Positions 29,999-40,029 of a stretch of DNA of 64,000 nucleotides are shown here, in pieces. The notes under the pieces were generated by a model, which was not told the DNA's origin, did no database searches, and was given only the letters and a program-made list of their open reading frames with translations. A program made the position numbers and the translations under genes. Position 1 is the first letter of the stretch; every line of letters begins with the position of its first letter. This DNA comes from Acetobacteraceae bacterium (lineage in GTDB: Bacteria; Pseudomonadota; Alphaproteobacteria; Acetobacterales; Acetobacteraceae), in assembly GCA_965246915.1 (NCBI GenBank), contig CBDFGB010000018.1, forward strand, positions 11,617-75,616. The letters run 5' to 3'.

Positions 29999-30942
29999 CG
30001 CAACAGCATCGCGAAACTGAGCGCCTGCGCCAGCGGGTTCGCGACCCCCCTGCCGGCGATATCCGGCGCGCTGCCATGGATCGGCTCGTACAGCGCATGC
30101 CGCCGCCCCGCCTTGTCCAACCCGCCAAGCGTGGCCGAAGGCAGCATGCCGAGGCTGCCGGTCAGCATGGAGGCGAGATCCGACAGCAGATCGCCGAACA
30201 GGTTGGTGGTCACGATGACATCGAACTGGCGCGGATTGCGCACCAGCTGCATCGCGCAATTGTCGGCGTACATGTGCGACAGCGCGACATCCGGGTAGTC
30301 GCGCGCGCCGAGGGCCGCGACCGTCTGCCGCCACAGCAGGCCGCTCTCCATCACGTTGGCCTTTTCCGTGCTGCACAGCCGCCCCTGCCGCGTGCGCGCC
30401 AATTCGAATCCGACCCGCGCGACACGCTCGATTTCCTCTGTCGTGTAGACCTCCGTGTTGACGCCCCGCTTGCTGCCATCAGGAAGGGTTTCGATGCCGC
30501 GCGGCTCGCCGAAATAGATCCCGCCGGTGCTCTCGCGCACGATCATGAGGTCCAAGCCACGCACGACGTCGGGCTTCAGGGTACTCGCGTCGATCAACGG
30601 CTCCAGCACCAGCGCGGGACGCAGATTGGCGAACAGCCCCAGGTCGCGGCGCAACGTGAGGATTGCAAGTTCGGGCCGCTTGTCGAAGCCGAGACTGTCG
30701 TAGTGAGGCCCGCCCACCGCGCCGAACAGCACCGCGTCGGCGTCCTTCGCGGCCGCGACGGTGGCCTCCGTGATCGGCACGCCGCGCGCGTCGAGCGATG
30801 CGCCGCCGACCAGGTCTTCCGCCACGTCGAAGGTCACCACCTTCTTCGCATCGAACCAGTCGATGACACGGCGCACCTCGCGCATCACTTCGGGACCGAT
30901 CCCGTCGCCGGGCAGAAGCAGCAGACGCTTGTTCGATGCCAT
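29830..30942 (-). CDS. leuB: 3-isopropylmalate dehydrogenase
   Basis: [20 protein letters not shown]...; [24 protein letters not shown] signature; 370 aa. Confidence 0.95.
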   Translation of the reverse strand: MASNKRLLLLPGDGIGPEVMREVRRVIDWFDAKKVVTFDVAEDLVGGASLDARGVPITEATVAAAKDADAVLFGAVGGPHYDSLGFDKRPELAILTLRRDLGLFANLRPALVLEPLIDASTLKPDVVRGLDLMIVRESTGGIYFGEPRGIETLPDGSKRGVNTEVYTTEEIERVARVGFELARTRQGRLCSTEKANVMESGLLWRQTVAALGARDYPDVALSHMYADNCAMQLVRNPRQFDVIVTTNLFGDLLSDLASMLTGSLGMLPSATLGGLDKAGRRHALYEPIHGSAPDIAGRGVANPLAQALSFAMLLRYSFGLSDDAALVERACTEVLASGLRTPDVMAPGCTAVGTTGMGDALLAALDRLAT

Positions 30943-30970
30943 GATGTCTCGGACTACGACTGATTGGGGT

Positions 30971-31417
30971 CTACGGGGGCGGACCGGGGTCGTGCAGGGT
31001 GGTCGGCCGAATGGTCGCGGTCGCCTCGACGTGCTGCTCGATACAGGCGCCGGTCAGCCGGTCGCGACAGTTCGTGTTGAAGGCGACCCAGGCATTGACC
31101 CAGTTGTTGTTGAACACGAATTGCTGGATGGCGATGGCCGAGAACACATCGGGATGGGCGATCATCTCGTCGGCGCAGGCGGCGGCGCGTCGCTGTTGCG
31201 TGTCTCGGACAAGCTGGGTCAGCGGAACGCGGTCGAGCGCCCGATCGTGCGGCCGCGCCAGTTGCTCGCGGATCGCCGGGACGAGATTGGACGAATCGAG
31301 CGCTGGCTGCGCCATGCACAGATTGATCGCGTCCTGCCTGGTGACCTGCGCAAGCGCCGGGTGCGCCGCCATGAGCCCCAATGCCGCACATGCCGCACAT
31401 GCCGCGACGAGCTTCAC
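30971..31417 (-). CDS. secreted hypothetical protein
   Basis: Signal peptide [24 protein letters not shown]. Only GTG starts are available (31435/31423/31417). GTG 31417 overlaps the ybaK stop as GTGA. Confidence 0.5.
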   Translation of the reverse strand: MKLVAACAACAALGLMAAHPALAQVTRQDAINLCMAQPALDSSNLVPAIREQLARPHDRALDRVPLTQLVRDTQQRRAAACADEMIAHPDVFSAIAIQQFVFNNNWVNAWVAFNTNCRDRLTGACIEQHVEATATIRPTTLHDPGPPP

Positions 31418-31872
31418 TGGCACACATCCACCCACCGCGCGCCGGTGAGTTCGGCCATACGATCAGGCGCGATCCGAAGCGCCGCGCGGATGCCACCCGC
31501 CGCCGGAATGACCTCGTCATGCGCACGCAACGACACGTCGCAGCAGACGGGAAGCGCGGCCAACAGTCCGAACGGGCAGACCCCACCGACCGGATGGCCG
31601 GTGATCGGCTCCACCTCCGCAGCATCGAGCATCTTGATCCGTCCGCCAAATTCCGCCTTGGCCTTGCGGTTGTCGAGCCGCGCGAGCCCGGCTGTTACCA
31701 CCAGGATCACACCATCGGGCACGCGCAGCGAAAGCGTCTTGGCGATGCGGTCGGGGTCCACCCCATGCGCCGCCGCGGCCTCGGCCACCGTCGCGGTGCT
31801 GACATCCAGCTCGACGACGGCCAGATCAGGTGCGCGCTCCGCCAGGAATGCCCGCACGGAGTCCACGCTCAT
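31414..31872 (-). CDS. YbaK/EbsC-family aminoacyl-tRNA deacylase domain protein
   Basis: ...IAKTLSLRVPDGVILVVTAGLARLDNRKAK...ITGHPVGGVCPFGL is the YbaK/ProRS-associated editing domain pattern; 152 aa. Confidence 0.8.
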   Translation of the reverse strand: MSVDSVRAFLAERAPDLAVVELDVSTATVAEAAAAHGVDPDRIAKTLSLRVPDGVILVVTAGLARLDNRKAKAEFGGRIKMLDAAEVEPITGHPVGGVCPFGLLAALPVCCDVSLRAHDEVIPAAGGIRAALRIAPDRMAELTGARWVDVCQ

Positions 31873-31879
31873 CAGCCGG

Positions 31880-32497
31880 TCACGCGAGTGCGGGATGCCA
31901 GGGATGGTCGACGTCGCGCCGCGCCTCGAAGGCGTCGATGTCGGCGGTGTGGCGAAGCGTCTGGCCGATCTCGTCCATCCCCTCCAGCAGCGCGTGTCGC
32001 TGATGCGGGTCGACGTCGAACGCGATCTCGTCGCCGCTGGGGCGGATCACCACGCAGCGGTGCAGATCGACGGTGATGCGTGCATTGCCGCCGAGACGGG
32101 CATCGTCCATCAACTCGTCGCACACGTGGCGTGGCAGGCGGATCGGCAGGATCCCGTTCTTGAAGCAGTTGCCATGGAAGATGTCGGCGAAATCGGGTGC
32201 GATGACGCAGCGTATGCCGAAATCCAGCAGCGCCCAGGGCGCATGCTCGCGCGACGAGCCGCAGCCAAAATTCTCGTGCGCGATCAGGATTTTAGCGTCC
32301 CGATACGGCTTCTGGTTCAGCACGAACTCCGGCCGCTCGGCCCCGGCCGCATCATAGCGCATCGCGTCGAACAGGTGGACGCCGAGACCGGTGCGCTTGA
32401 TGGTTTTCAGAAACCGCGCCGGAATGATCTTGTCGGTGTCGACATTGGCCAGCGGCAAGGGCGCTGCGATGGCGGTTAGGGTGGTGAACGGCTGCAT
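31880..32497 (-). CDS. leuD: 3-isopropylmalate dehydratase small subunit
   Basis: [33 protein letters not shown]...[16 protein letters not shown]; ATG 32497; 205 aa. Confidence 0.95.
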   Translation of the reverse strand: MQPFTTLTAIAAPLPLANVDTDKIIPARFLKTIKRTGLGVHLFDAMRYDAAGAERPEFVLNQKPYRDAKILIAHENFGCGSSREHAPWALLDFGIRCVIAPDFADIFHGNCFKNGILPIRLPRHVCDELMDDARLGGNARITVDLHRCVVIRPSGDEIAFDVDPHQRHALLEGMDEIGQTLRHTADIDAFEARRDVDHPWHPALA

Positions 32498-32718
32498 CAC
32501 GGACCGTAGTACCACTTGAAGAATGCCAGCGCGCCAGCGAACAGAGCCGCCCCGGCGCCCAGGGACGCCACCACCACGCTCGACAGCGTGGCGATCACCT
32601 TCCACGCTTCCCAGCGCGTTTGCTCGACCTTCAGTGCTGTGTCGGCTCGCATCATCTCGATCCTCACCACACGTTCATCACGGTCACTCGGATATAAGTC
32701 GTCCGCGGCCTCAGACAC
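32497..32718 (-). CDS. small single-pass membrane protein encoded between leuC and leuD
   Basis: 73-aa ORF with a C-terminal TM helix ([27 protein letters not shown]). Its stop overlaps the leuD ATG (TGATG) and its start overlaps the leuC stop by 8 nt. Confidence 0.5.
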   Translation of the reverse strand: MSEAADDLYPSDRDERVVRIEMMRADTALKVEQTRWEAWKVIATLSSVVVASLGAGAALFAGALAFFKWYYGP

Positions 32719-34129
32719 CGACCAGCTCGCGCACGTCGGCGAGCCGTCCCGTCACCGCCGCCGCCGCCGCCATCGCGGGTGACAGCAGATGCGTCCGCCC
32801 GCCCGGACCCTGCCGCCCCTCGAAATTGCGGTTCGACGTGCTGGCGCAGCGCTGGCCCGGCGTCAGCTTGTCCGGATTCATGCCGAGGCACATCGAACAC
32901 CCGGCCTCGCGCCACTCGAACCCCGCCTCCATCAGGACACGGTCGATCCCCTCCGCCTCGGCCTGCTTCTTAACCAGGCCGGAGCCGGGAACGACCAGCG
33001 CCCGCACGCCCTCGGCCACGTGGCGGCCGCGCGCCACGGCCGCGGCCGCCCGCAGGTCCTCGATGCGGCCATTGGTGCAACTGCCGATGAACACCACGTC
33101 GACCGCGAGGTCGGTCAGCTTCTGGCCGGCCCGCAGCCCCATGTAGTCCAGCATCCGCAGCAGCTGCGCGCGCTTGGCGTCGTCGGCCGACTCCGCGGGA
33201 TCGGGCACGCGGCCGGTGACCGGCAGAACCGCCTCGGGGCTCGTGCCCCACGTCACCATCGGCGCGATCTGCGCGGCGTCCATCGCCACGGTCCGATCGT
33301 ACGTGGCCCCCGGATCGGACCGCAGCGTGCGCCAGTAGTCCACCGCGCGATCGAAATCCTCGCCCTTGGGCGCGTAGGGCCGACCCTTGATCCATGCGAA
33401 CGTGGTGTCGTCCGGCGCCACCATCCCGGCCCGCGCCCCGCCCTCGATCGACATGTTGCAGACGGTCATCCGCCCGGCCATGTCGAGGGCGGCGATTACA
33501 TCGCCAGCGTATTCGATGACGTGCCCGTTGCCGCCGGCCGTGCCGATCCGGCCGATGATCGCGAGTGCGATGTCCTTTGCCGAACAGCCGAAGCCCAGCG
33601 TGCCGTCCACCTGCACGCGCATGTTCAGCGCCGGCTTCTGCAGCAGCGTCTGGGTCGCCAGCACGTGCTCGACCTCGGACGTGCCGATGCCGAACGCCAG
33701 CGCCCCCAACGCGCCGTGTGTCGACGTATGGCTGTCGCCGCAGACGATGGTCATGCCCGGCAGGCTGATCCCCTGCTCCGGGCCGACGATGTGGACGATG
33801 CCCTGCCGGTCGTCCAAGACCGGGAAATAGGGCACGCCGAACTCCGCGACGTTGGCCTCCAGCGTCTCGACCTGCAGCCGGCTCTCCGGTTCGGCGATCC
33901 CGTCACGCCGGTTGCTCGTCGGCAGGTTGTGGTCGGCCACCGCGATCGTCGCATCGGGCCGGCGCACCCTGCGGCCCGCCACGCGCAGACCCTCGAACGC
34001 CTGCGGGCTGGTCACCTCGTGAACGAGATGGCGATCGATATACAGGATGGCCGTCCCGTCCGGGAGCAGGCTGACGACGTGGGCGTCCCACACCTTGTCG
34101 AACAGCGTGCGCGGACGGGCGGCACTCAT
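32711..34129 (-). CDS. leuC: 3-isopropylmalate dehydratase large subunit
   Basis: [19 protein letters not shown]...[12 protein letters not shown]...; aconitase-family Cys ligand motifs ([20 protein letters not shown]); 472 aa. Confidence 0.95.
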   Translation of the reverse strand: MSAARPRTLFDKVWDAHVVSLLPDGTAILYIDRHLVHEVTSPQAFEGLRVAGRRVRRPDATIAVADHNLPTSNRRDGIAEPESRLQVETLEANVAEFGVPYFPVLDDRQGIVHIVGPEQGISLPGMTIVCGDSHTSTHGALGALAFGIGTSEVEHVLATQTLLQKPALNMRVQVDGTLGFGCSAKDIALAIIGRIGTAGGNGHVIEYAGDVIAALDMAGRMTVCNMSIEGGARAGMVAPDDTTFAWIKGRPYAPKGEDFDRAVDYWRTLRSDPGATYDRTVAMDAAQIAPMVTWGTSPEAVLPVTGRVPDPAESADDAKRAQLLRMLDYMGLRAGQKLTDLAVDVVFIGSCTNGRIEDLRAAAAVARGRHVAEGVRALVVPGSGLVKKQAEAEGIDRVLMEAGFEWREAGCSMCLGMNPDKLTPGQRCASTSNRNFEGRQGPGGRTHLLSPAMAAAAAVTGRLADVRELVGV

Positions 34130-34557
34130 TCGCTGGCGACGTCCGCGGGGCTTTCCGCCGGCGTGGCGGCGGCCGCGGCCGGCGCGACCGAGGTCGTGTC
34201 ACGCGCCCGCTCGGCGATGCGCGCCGACTTGCCGCTCCGGCCGCGCAGATAATAAAGCTTGGCGCGCCGCACGTCGCCGCGCCGCACCACCGCGATCTCA
34301 GAGATCGTCGGCGCATACAGGGCGAAAACGCGCTCGACCCCCTCGCCATAGCTGATCTTGCGGACCGTGAAGTTGCTGTTGAGCCCCTTGTTGGAGCGGG
34401 CGATGCACACGCCCTCGAACGCCTGAACGCGGGTGCGCTCGCCTTCGACGACCTTGACCGAGACGCGCAGCGTGTCGCCGGCCACGAATTTCGGGATGGG
34501 GCGTATCGCCGACAGACGCGCGACCTGCTCGGCCTCGTAGGTCTGGATGATGTTCAT
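34126..34557 (-). CDS. rplS: 50S ribosomal protein L19
   Basis: [72 protein letters not shown] 34557; the stop overlaps the leuC ATG (ATGA). Confidence 0.95.
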   Translation of the reverse strand: MNIIQTYEAEQVARLSAIRPIPKFVAGDTLRVSVKVVEGERTRVQAFEGVCIARSNKGLNSNFTVRKISYGEGVERVFALYAPTISEIAVVRRGDVRRAKLYYLRGRSGKSARIAERARDTTSVAPAAAAATPAESPADVASE

Positions 34558-34583
34558 GGTCGTGGTCCTTCTCTCGATTGGGT

Positions 34584-35309
34584 CTAGGGGCTGGCCAGGG
34601 TTGGCGCAATCCGCGCCGGCGCGACACGCGCGGCATTCAGACCAGCCCACAAATCGGGGCGCCGCTCGCGGGTGATCGCCTCCGCTTCGGCCCGCCGCCA
34701 CGCGGCGATCGCGGCGTGGTGGCCGGACAGCAGCACCGGCGGCACCGCACGGCCGTGCCAGTCGGAGGGGCGCGTGTAGTGCGGGTATTCCAGCAGGCCC
34801 GCGGCGAAACTCTCGTCCTCGGCGCTCTCCGCCGCGCCCATGACGCCGGGCAGCAGCCGCACGCAGGCGTCCAGCAAGATCAGCGCGGCCGGCTCGCCGC
34901 CCGACAGCACGTAGTCGCCGACGCTGAGTTCCATGAGGCCGCGCGCCTCGATCACCCGCTGATCGATGCCCTCGTAGCGGCCGCACACGACAACGACGCC
35001 CGACCCGGTCGCCAGATCGCGGACATGCGTCTGGGTGAGCGGCAAGCCGCGCGGCGTCAGGCAGATCGCCGGCCGGCCATCGCTGACCCGGCCAAGCGCC
35101 GAATCCAGGACATCCGCGCGAAGAATCATCCCCGCCCCGCCGCCGAACGGCGTGTCGTCGACGTTGCGGTGCGGCCCGACGCCGTGCGCGCGCAGGTCCA
35201 CGGCCTCCAGCGACCACGCGGATCCGAGCGCCCGCCCCGCCAGTGAATACCCGAGCGGTCCGGGAAACATCTCCGGGAACAACGTCACGACGCTCGCTCG
35301 CCAGGTCAC
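34584..35309 (-). CDS. trmD: tRNA (guanine37-N1)-methyltransferase
   Basis: [27 protein letters not shown]...[11 protein letters not shown]...[11 protein letters not shown] start overlaps the rimM stop (GTGA). Confidence 0.95.
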   Translation of the reverse strand: MTWRASVVTLFPEMFPGPLGYSLAGRALGSAWSLEAVDLRAHGVGPHRNVDDTPFGGGAGMILRADVLDSALGRVSDGRPAICLTPRGLPLTQTHVRDLATGSGVVVVCGRYEGIDQRVIEARGLMELSVGDYVLSGGEPAALILLDACVRLLPGVMGAAESAEDESFAAGLLEYPHYTRPSDWHGRAVPPVLLSGHHAAIAAWRRAEAEAITRERRPDLWAGLNAARVAPARIAPTLASP

Positions 35310-35809
35310 GACGCCACGACCTCTGACGGCGGCATGACGGTCATCCGTCCCGCCGCCATGTCGATGCTCGGTACCGCCGCTCGCGTGAACGGCACCAGAA
35401 GCGCTCCGATCTCCAGGCTCGCGCCCGCGCCATAGTCGTGCACCGCGGCAACCTGACCGAGCACCTGACCGTCCGGTCCGACCGCCTCCATGCCGACCAG
35501 ATCGGCCAGATAGAACTCATCCTCGGCCGGTGCCGGCAGACGTTCGCGCGGCAGATACAGCCGCAGATTGACCAGGCGCTCGGCCGCCGTCCGATCGGCG
35601 ATCGGCGCCCGCTTGCCGCCGACGATTTCGGCCACCTCGCATATGCCCGCGCCCTGCGGCCGCAGGCTGAACCAGCGGCCGCCGTCGTCGCAGAGCGGCC
35701 CGTAGGCGAACAGACCCTCCGGCTCGGCCGTGTAGGCGTGAACCCGCAACAGGCCCCGCACGCCATGCGGTCGGCCGATCACGCCCAGCAAGACACGCGC
35801 GTCGGTCAT
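35306..35809 (-). CDS. rimM: 16S rRNA processing protein RimM
   Basis: [23 protein letters not shown]... followed by a PRC-barrel C-terminus. Only the last 167 codons of the 774-aa track ORF are protein-like. Confidence 0.9.
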   Translation of the reverse strand: MTDARVLLGVIGRPHGVRGLLRVHAYTAEPEGLFAYGPLCDDGGRWFSLRPQGAGICEVAEIVGGKRAPIADRTAAERLVNLRLYLPRERLPAPAEDEFYLADLVGMEAVGPDGQVLGQVAAVHDYGAGASLEIGALLVPFTRAAVPSIDMAAGRMTVMPPSEVVAS

Positions 35810-36153
35810 CAGCCCGCGGCGGCGGCGGCCTTGGCGCGCTCTTGCGCCTTCTTCTTCGGGGCGGCCTGGATCGGCTGCGCGCGCTCCGAGAGCTTTGGCA
35901 TCGGCGCGAGGCCGGCATTGCCCAAGAACCGCGCGACCCGATCGGTCGCCAGCGCGCCCTGGCTCAGCCAATGGGTGATGCGCTCGCCCTGCAGCCGGAT
36001 CCGCTCGGCGTGCTCGGCCGGCAGCATCGGGTTGTAGCTGCCGACCTTCTCGATGAACCGGCCGTCGCGCGGGCTGCGGCTGTCGGCGACGACGATGTGA
36101 TAATACGGCCGCTTCTTGGCGCCGGCGCGGGAGAGGCGAATTTTCAGGCCCAT
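35809..36153 (-). CDS. rpsP: 30S ribosomal protein S16
   Basis: [42 protein letters not shown]. Confidence 0.95.
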   Translation of the reverse strand: MGLKIRLSRAGAKKRPYYHIVVADSRSPRDGRFIEKVGSYNPMLPAEHAERIRLQGERITHWLSQGALATDRVARFLGNAGLAPMPKLSERAQPIQAAPKKKAQERAKAAAAAG

Positions 36154-36177
36154 GCGAAGTGTGTCTCCAATAAAGGT

Positions 36178-37545
36178 TCAGTAAGGGCGGCGATTGCCGG
36201 GCATCAACGCGGCCAGACCGCCGCGCATCAGACCCTTCTGCCCCAGCTTGTTCATTCGCTTCATCATGCCGGACATGTCGTCGAACTGCTTCAGCAGCTT
36301 GTTGACCTCCTGCACGCTCGTTCCCGACCCGGCGGCGATGCGCTTCTTGCGGCTCGCCTTGATGATGTCCGGGGTCCTGCGCTCCTTCGGCGTCATGCTG
36401 CCGATGATCGCCGCCTGCCGCGCCAGCATGGTCTTGTCGAGATTGGCACCCTCCAGCTGCTGCTGGATCTTGCCCGCCCCCGGCAGCATGCCGACGATCG
36501 ACGACAGGCTGCCCATCTTGGTGATCTGCTTGAGCTGCTTGGCATAGTCCGCGAGGTCGAACTGCCCGCGCGCCATCTTCTTGGCGAGCTTCTCGGCGTC
36601 CTCCTGGTCGATCGTCTCGCTGGCTTTCTCCACCAGCCCCACGACGTCGCCCATGCCGAGGATACGGCCGGCCACGCGCTCCGGATGGAACTCCTCCAGC
36701 GCGTCGATCTTCTCGCCCGAGCCCGTCAGCTTGATCGGCGCGCCGGTGATCGCCCGCATCGACAGAGCCGCACCGCCGCGCGCGTCGCCGTCCATGCGGG
36801 TCATGACGATGCCGGTCACGCCCACCGCCTCGTGGAACGCGCGGGCCGTGTTGACCGCGTCCTGGCCGGTCATCGCGTCGACCACCAGCAGCGTCTCGGC
36901 CGGATTGGTGGCCGCGCGCACCTGACGCACCTCGTCCATCAGCGCCGCGTCGATCGACAATCGGCCCGCCGTGTCGAGCACGACGACGTCGAACCCCTCG
37001 CGCCGCCCGGTGTCCATGGCCCGCGCCGCAATCTCCAGCGGCCCCTGGCCCGCCACGATCGGCAGGCTCGCCACCCCTGCCCGCTCGGCGAGTTGCGCGA
37101 GCTGCAGCTGTGCCGCCGGCCGCTGCACATCGAGCGAGGCCAAAAGCACCTTCTTGCGCAGCCGCTGGCTCAGCCGCAGCCCGATCTTGCCGCACGTCGT
37201 GGTCTTGCCCGACCCCTGCAGACCCACCATCAGGATCGCCAGCGGCGCGGGAGCGTTCAGGTTCAGCGGCACGGCGCCCGCGCCGCCCAGCGCCTCGATC
37301 ATCACGTCGTTGACGATCTTCACGACCTGCTGGGCCGGCGAGACGCTGTCCAGCACCTCCTGCCCGACCGCCCGCTCCCGGATCTTGGCGATGAAGTCCT
37401 TGACGACCGGGAGTGCCACGTCGGCATCCAGCAACGCGAGGCGAACCTCGCGCAGGGCTTCCATGACGTCGGTCTCGTTCAGCGCCCCGCGTCGCCGCAG
37501 GCCGTCGAACACGCCGGTCAGCTTGCCGGAAAGGGACTCGAACAA
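36178..37545 (-). CDS. ffh: signal recognition particle protein Ffh
   Basis: (M)FESLSGKLTGVFDGLRRRG with a TTG start and GAGG RBS. GTPase motifs GLQGSGKTTT, DTAGR, TRMD; Met-rich M domain. Confidence 0.95.
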   Translation of the reverse strand: MFESLSGKLTGVFDGLRRRGALNETDVMEALREVRLALLDADVALPVVKDFIAKIRERAVGQEVLDSVSPAQQVVKIVNDVMIEALGGAGAVPLNLNAPAPLAILMVGLQGSGKTTTCGKIGLRLSQRLRKKVLLASLDVQRPAAQLQLAQLAERAGVASLPIVAGQGPLEIAARAMDTGRREGFDVVVLDTAGRLSIDAALMDEVRQVRAATNPAETLLVVDAMTGQDAVNTARAFHEAVGVTGIVMTRMDGDARGGAALSMRAITGAPIKLTGSGEKIDALEEFHPERVAGRILGMGDVVGLVEKASETIDQEDAEKLAKKMARGQFDLADYAKQLKQITKMGSLSSIVGMLPGAGKIQQQLEGANLDKTMLARQAAIIGSMTPKERRTPDIIKASRKKRIAAGSGTSVQEVNKLLKQFDDMSGMMKRMNKLGQKGLMRGGLAALMPGNRRPY

Positions 37546-37733
37546 GGGACCTCAACGCAAAACGAGCCGGTGCGCGACACTCGCGGACCGGCGGAGGAGG
37601 GTGTATGACCGTGCTTGGTTGGGGCGTCAAGGCGATGCGCGGTTCGACCGCCTGACGCGACGGCTGACAGGCTTGGCGACGACGACTCGACCGTGCTTCG
37701 CGGCCGACCTTCGGGCAAACATCGCAAACCTTA

Positions 37734-38522
37734 TTGACACCATTTGCATTATGTGTTCAGTATGCGTTCGTGTATAACATCCACGCCCTGTTTCCGCCCG
37801 AGCCCATAGGACCTCCCGACCTCGCGGAGCGGCTGGGGCCGATCCTGCTGCATCTGCGCCGGGCGGCGGCCGACCGGGCGGTGAAATACTGGGCCTATGT
37901 TCCGCTCGGTCTGCTGTTCGCGGCCTATCTCAGCAGCGTCATGCGACGGGTCGAATCCCTCGTCGCCCGCCATCGCGCCGGCCGGCTCCGGGTCCGTCCG
38001 TCCCGGCCGCGGACGGTTCAACCGCAAGAGGAACGGGAGAAGGTCGCGCCAAAACGCCGGCTGCCAGCGCGGTTCGGCTGGGTGGTCGAATGGCTCGGCC
38101 ATCACGCCGCCGGCTGCGCCGCGCAGCTCCGGCACATGCTGACCCACGACCCCGATCTGATGGCCCTGCTGGACGCCGGGCCGCAGGCGGGTCGGGTCCT
38201 CAGGCCGCTCTGCCGGATGCTGGGGATGGAGCCCGGGCCCGATCTGCCCCCTTCGCTGTTTCCGCATCGCGTATCCAAAGCAACTTCGGCCGAACCAAAC
38301 TCACTCGCGCCACAGCGGTCACCCAATCGGTCATCGCACGCATCGAGCCCGCGATCTCGACTCGAAGACCCTCGCGAAGGCGCCGCCGCCCCCTGTGCGA
38401 GGGTCGATCCCCCGGTCACGCCCGAAGGCTCGCGGCACCTTCCCCGGGATGCACAACGGGCCTGTGAGAGTGGCACCTACGCCCCCGTCGTCTCGACCGC
38501 CGCCCTTCCAAAACCGGCCTGA
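37734..38522 (+). CDS. hypothetical protein (conserved-looking core RFGWVVEWLGHHAAGCAAQLRHMLT.DPDLMALLDAGPQAGRVLRPLCRMLG)
   Basis: 262-aa ORF divergent from ffh. Its N-terminal segment is paralogous to ORF 685-1335. The start (TTG 37734 or downstream GTG) is uncertain. Confidence 0.45.
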   Translation: MTPFALCVQYAFVYNIHALFPPEPIGPPDLAERLGPILLHLRRAAADRAVKYWAYVPLGLLFAAYLSSVMRRVESLVARHRAGRLRVRPSRPRTVQPQEEREKVAPKRRLPARFGWVVEWLGHHAAGCAAQLRHMLTHDPDLMALLDAGPQAGRVLRPLCRMLGMEPGPDLPPSLFPHRVSKATSAEPNSLAPQRSPNRSSHASSPRSRLEDPREGAAAPCARVDPPVTPEGSRHLPRDAQRACESGTYAPVVSTAALPKPA

Positions 38523-38565
38523 AGCCCGCCGGGAGTCGCCCGCCAAATTCATTACGATATCATTA

Positions 38566-39642
38566 TTACAATCCGGCGGGCGAAGAAGCGCGCAACCACC
38601 TGCGGCACGGAGTCTCGATCAGGACATGCGTCGCAATCGCGATCGCCAAAAGGCAGACCAGGAACAGGGCAAGCTCGACTTCCGCACTCAGCGAAAAGCG
38701 TGGCCTGACGAACCGTATCCACGCGGTATAGGCCGGGAACTGCAAAATATAGAAGGCGTAGCTGGCCTCGCCCAACAGGATCACGCTCGGCCAGCGCAAG
38801 ACAGGCAGGTCGGCTGTCGCGAGACCGCAGAGCGTGAGCGCGAAGACTGGCGCCAGCAGACCGCTATCGAAACTGAGCCAGAACCCGTGCCCGGCCGCCA
38901 CGTCATGTCCTGACGTGACGACCAACAGGGACAGGGCGACGCCCAGCAACGTCAGCGCGGCCCCCGCCCCGCGGCCCGGGCGGTAGCGCCGGACGAGCTC
39001 GGCGCCCGCCATGCCGATCAAGAAGCTGTTGAGATGAAGCAACGGAAAATAGTGCAACAGGTCGTGCATGCGCGACGGGAACGGGATCGGACCCTGATTC
39101 ACGCCGACCATGAACAGCGCTTGCGTGATGGCCCAGCAGAGCGCCGCGACCCCGCACCACGCCCACGGACCCAGCCGTGTCGCCCGCACGATGAGGAACG
39201 GGAAGACCGCGTAGAAGAACGCTTCGACCGACAGCGACCAGCCTGGTGAATTTAGCGCGCCCGCGAAGCCCGGCACCCAGGCCTGCATGAGGGTCGCGCT
39301 CAACAGCCAGGCGGCGGGCTCGAGGAGAGGCGACAAGCCCAGAGCCGCGCCTTCGAGCGCCAGCGCAATGACATAGACGGGATAGATGCGGGCGAACCTG
39401 TTCCGCCAATAGCGGACCGCCGCGCCACGACCCTGAAGATCGCCATGCACGGACGCCATGACGAAGCCCGACAAAGTGAAGAACCACGTGACCGCGAGCG
39501 GACCGTCGCGAAGCAATGCGCTCGCCCATGGACCTGCGAGCGCGGGGATCGATCCTCCGAAATGGAACAGGACGACCACGACGCTCGCGGCGAAGCGCGT
39601 CGGCGTCAGCTGCACCAGCAGTGGCCGAGGCACCGCCCTCAC
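38566..39642 (-). CDS. acyltransferase family 3 (OafA/NolL-like O-acyltransferase) membrane protein
   Basis: About 10 TM helices. N-terminal RFAASVVVVLFHFG and FFTLSGFVM motifs typical of Acyl_transf_3. GTG 39642 was chosen so that the gene does not run through the upstream NIPSNAP gene. Confidence 0.75.
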   Translation of the reverse strand: MRAVPRPLLVQLTPTRFAASVVVVLFHFGGSIPALAGPWASALLRDGPLAVTWFFTLSGFVMASVHGDLQGRGAAVRYWRNRFARIYPVYVIALALEGAALGLSPLLEPAAWLLSATLMQAWVPGFAGALNSPGWSLSVEAFFYAVFPFLIVRATRLGPWAWCGVAALCWAITQALFMVGVNQGPIPFPSRMHDLLHYFPLLHLNSFLIGMAGAELVRRYRPGRGAGAALTLLGVALSLLVVTSGHDVAAGHGFWLSFDSGLLAPVFALTLCGLATADLPVLRWPSVILLGEASYAFYILQFPAYTAWIRFVRPRFSLSAEVELALFLVCLLAIAIATHVLIETPCRRWLRASSPAGL

Positions 39643-39674
39643 GCGATCGGGCCTGACCCAAACGCGATGGCGCG

Positions 39675-40001
39675 CTAGCGCACCGACGAGAAGCGGGTGG
39701 GTTGCAGGAACGAATTCGTCACGTTGGCGACGATCGGGCCGGCCTTCTCCGTCTCGGCGCGGGCGGCGATCCATTCCGGATCGGCGAGGAAGGCGGCCCA
39801 CTTCGTCTCGCGCTCGGCCATCGAGTCCCAGGCAATCAGATAGGTCAGCTCGTTGTTCGACGCGCCGACCACGGTCGTCCAGAACCCCGCCTGCCGGATG
39901 CCGTGCTTCTCCCACAGCGCGAGGGTGATGGTCTCGAAACGCCGCAGCAGATCCGGCAGCCGGCCGGACGGCGAGGTGTAGACGCGCGACTCGTGGATCA
40001 C
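39675..40001 (-). CDS. NIPSNAP family protein
   Basis: (M)IHESRVYTSPSGRLPDLLRRFETITLALWEKHGIRQAGFWTTVVGASNNELTYLIAWDSMAERE. GTG start, GGGAG RBS; 108 aa. Confidence 0.8.
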   Translation of the reverse strand: MIHESRVYTSPSGRLPDLLRRFETITLALWEKHGIRQAGFWTTVVGASNNELTYLIAWDSMAERETKWAAFLADPEWIAARAETEKAGPIVANVTNSFLQPTRFSSVR

Positions 40002-40029
40002 GGCACGGCTCCCGGAGCGATGAAGCGGA

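Noticed and set aside
35810-37630. Upstream 600 codons of the 774-aa minus-strand ORF
   Set aside because: It overlaps rpsP and ffh in another frame and is Arg/Gly/Ala-rich. Only the last 167 codons (RimM) are genuine.
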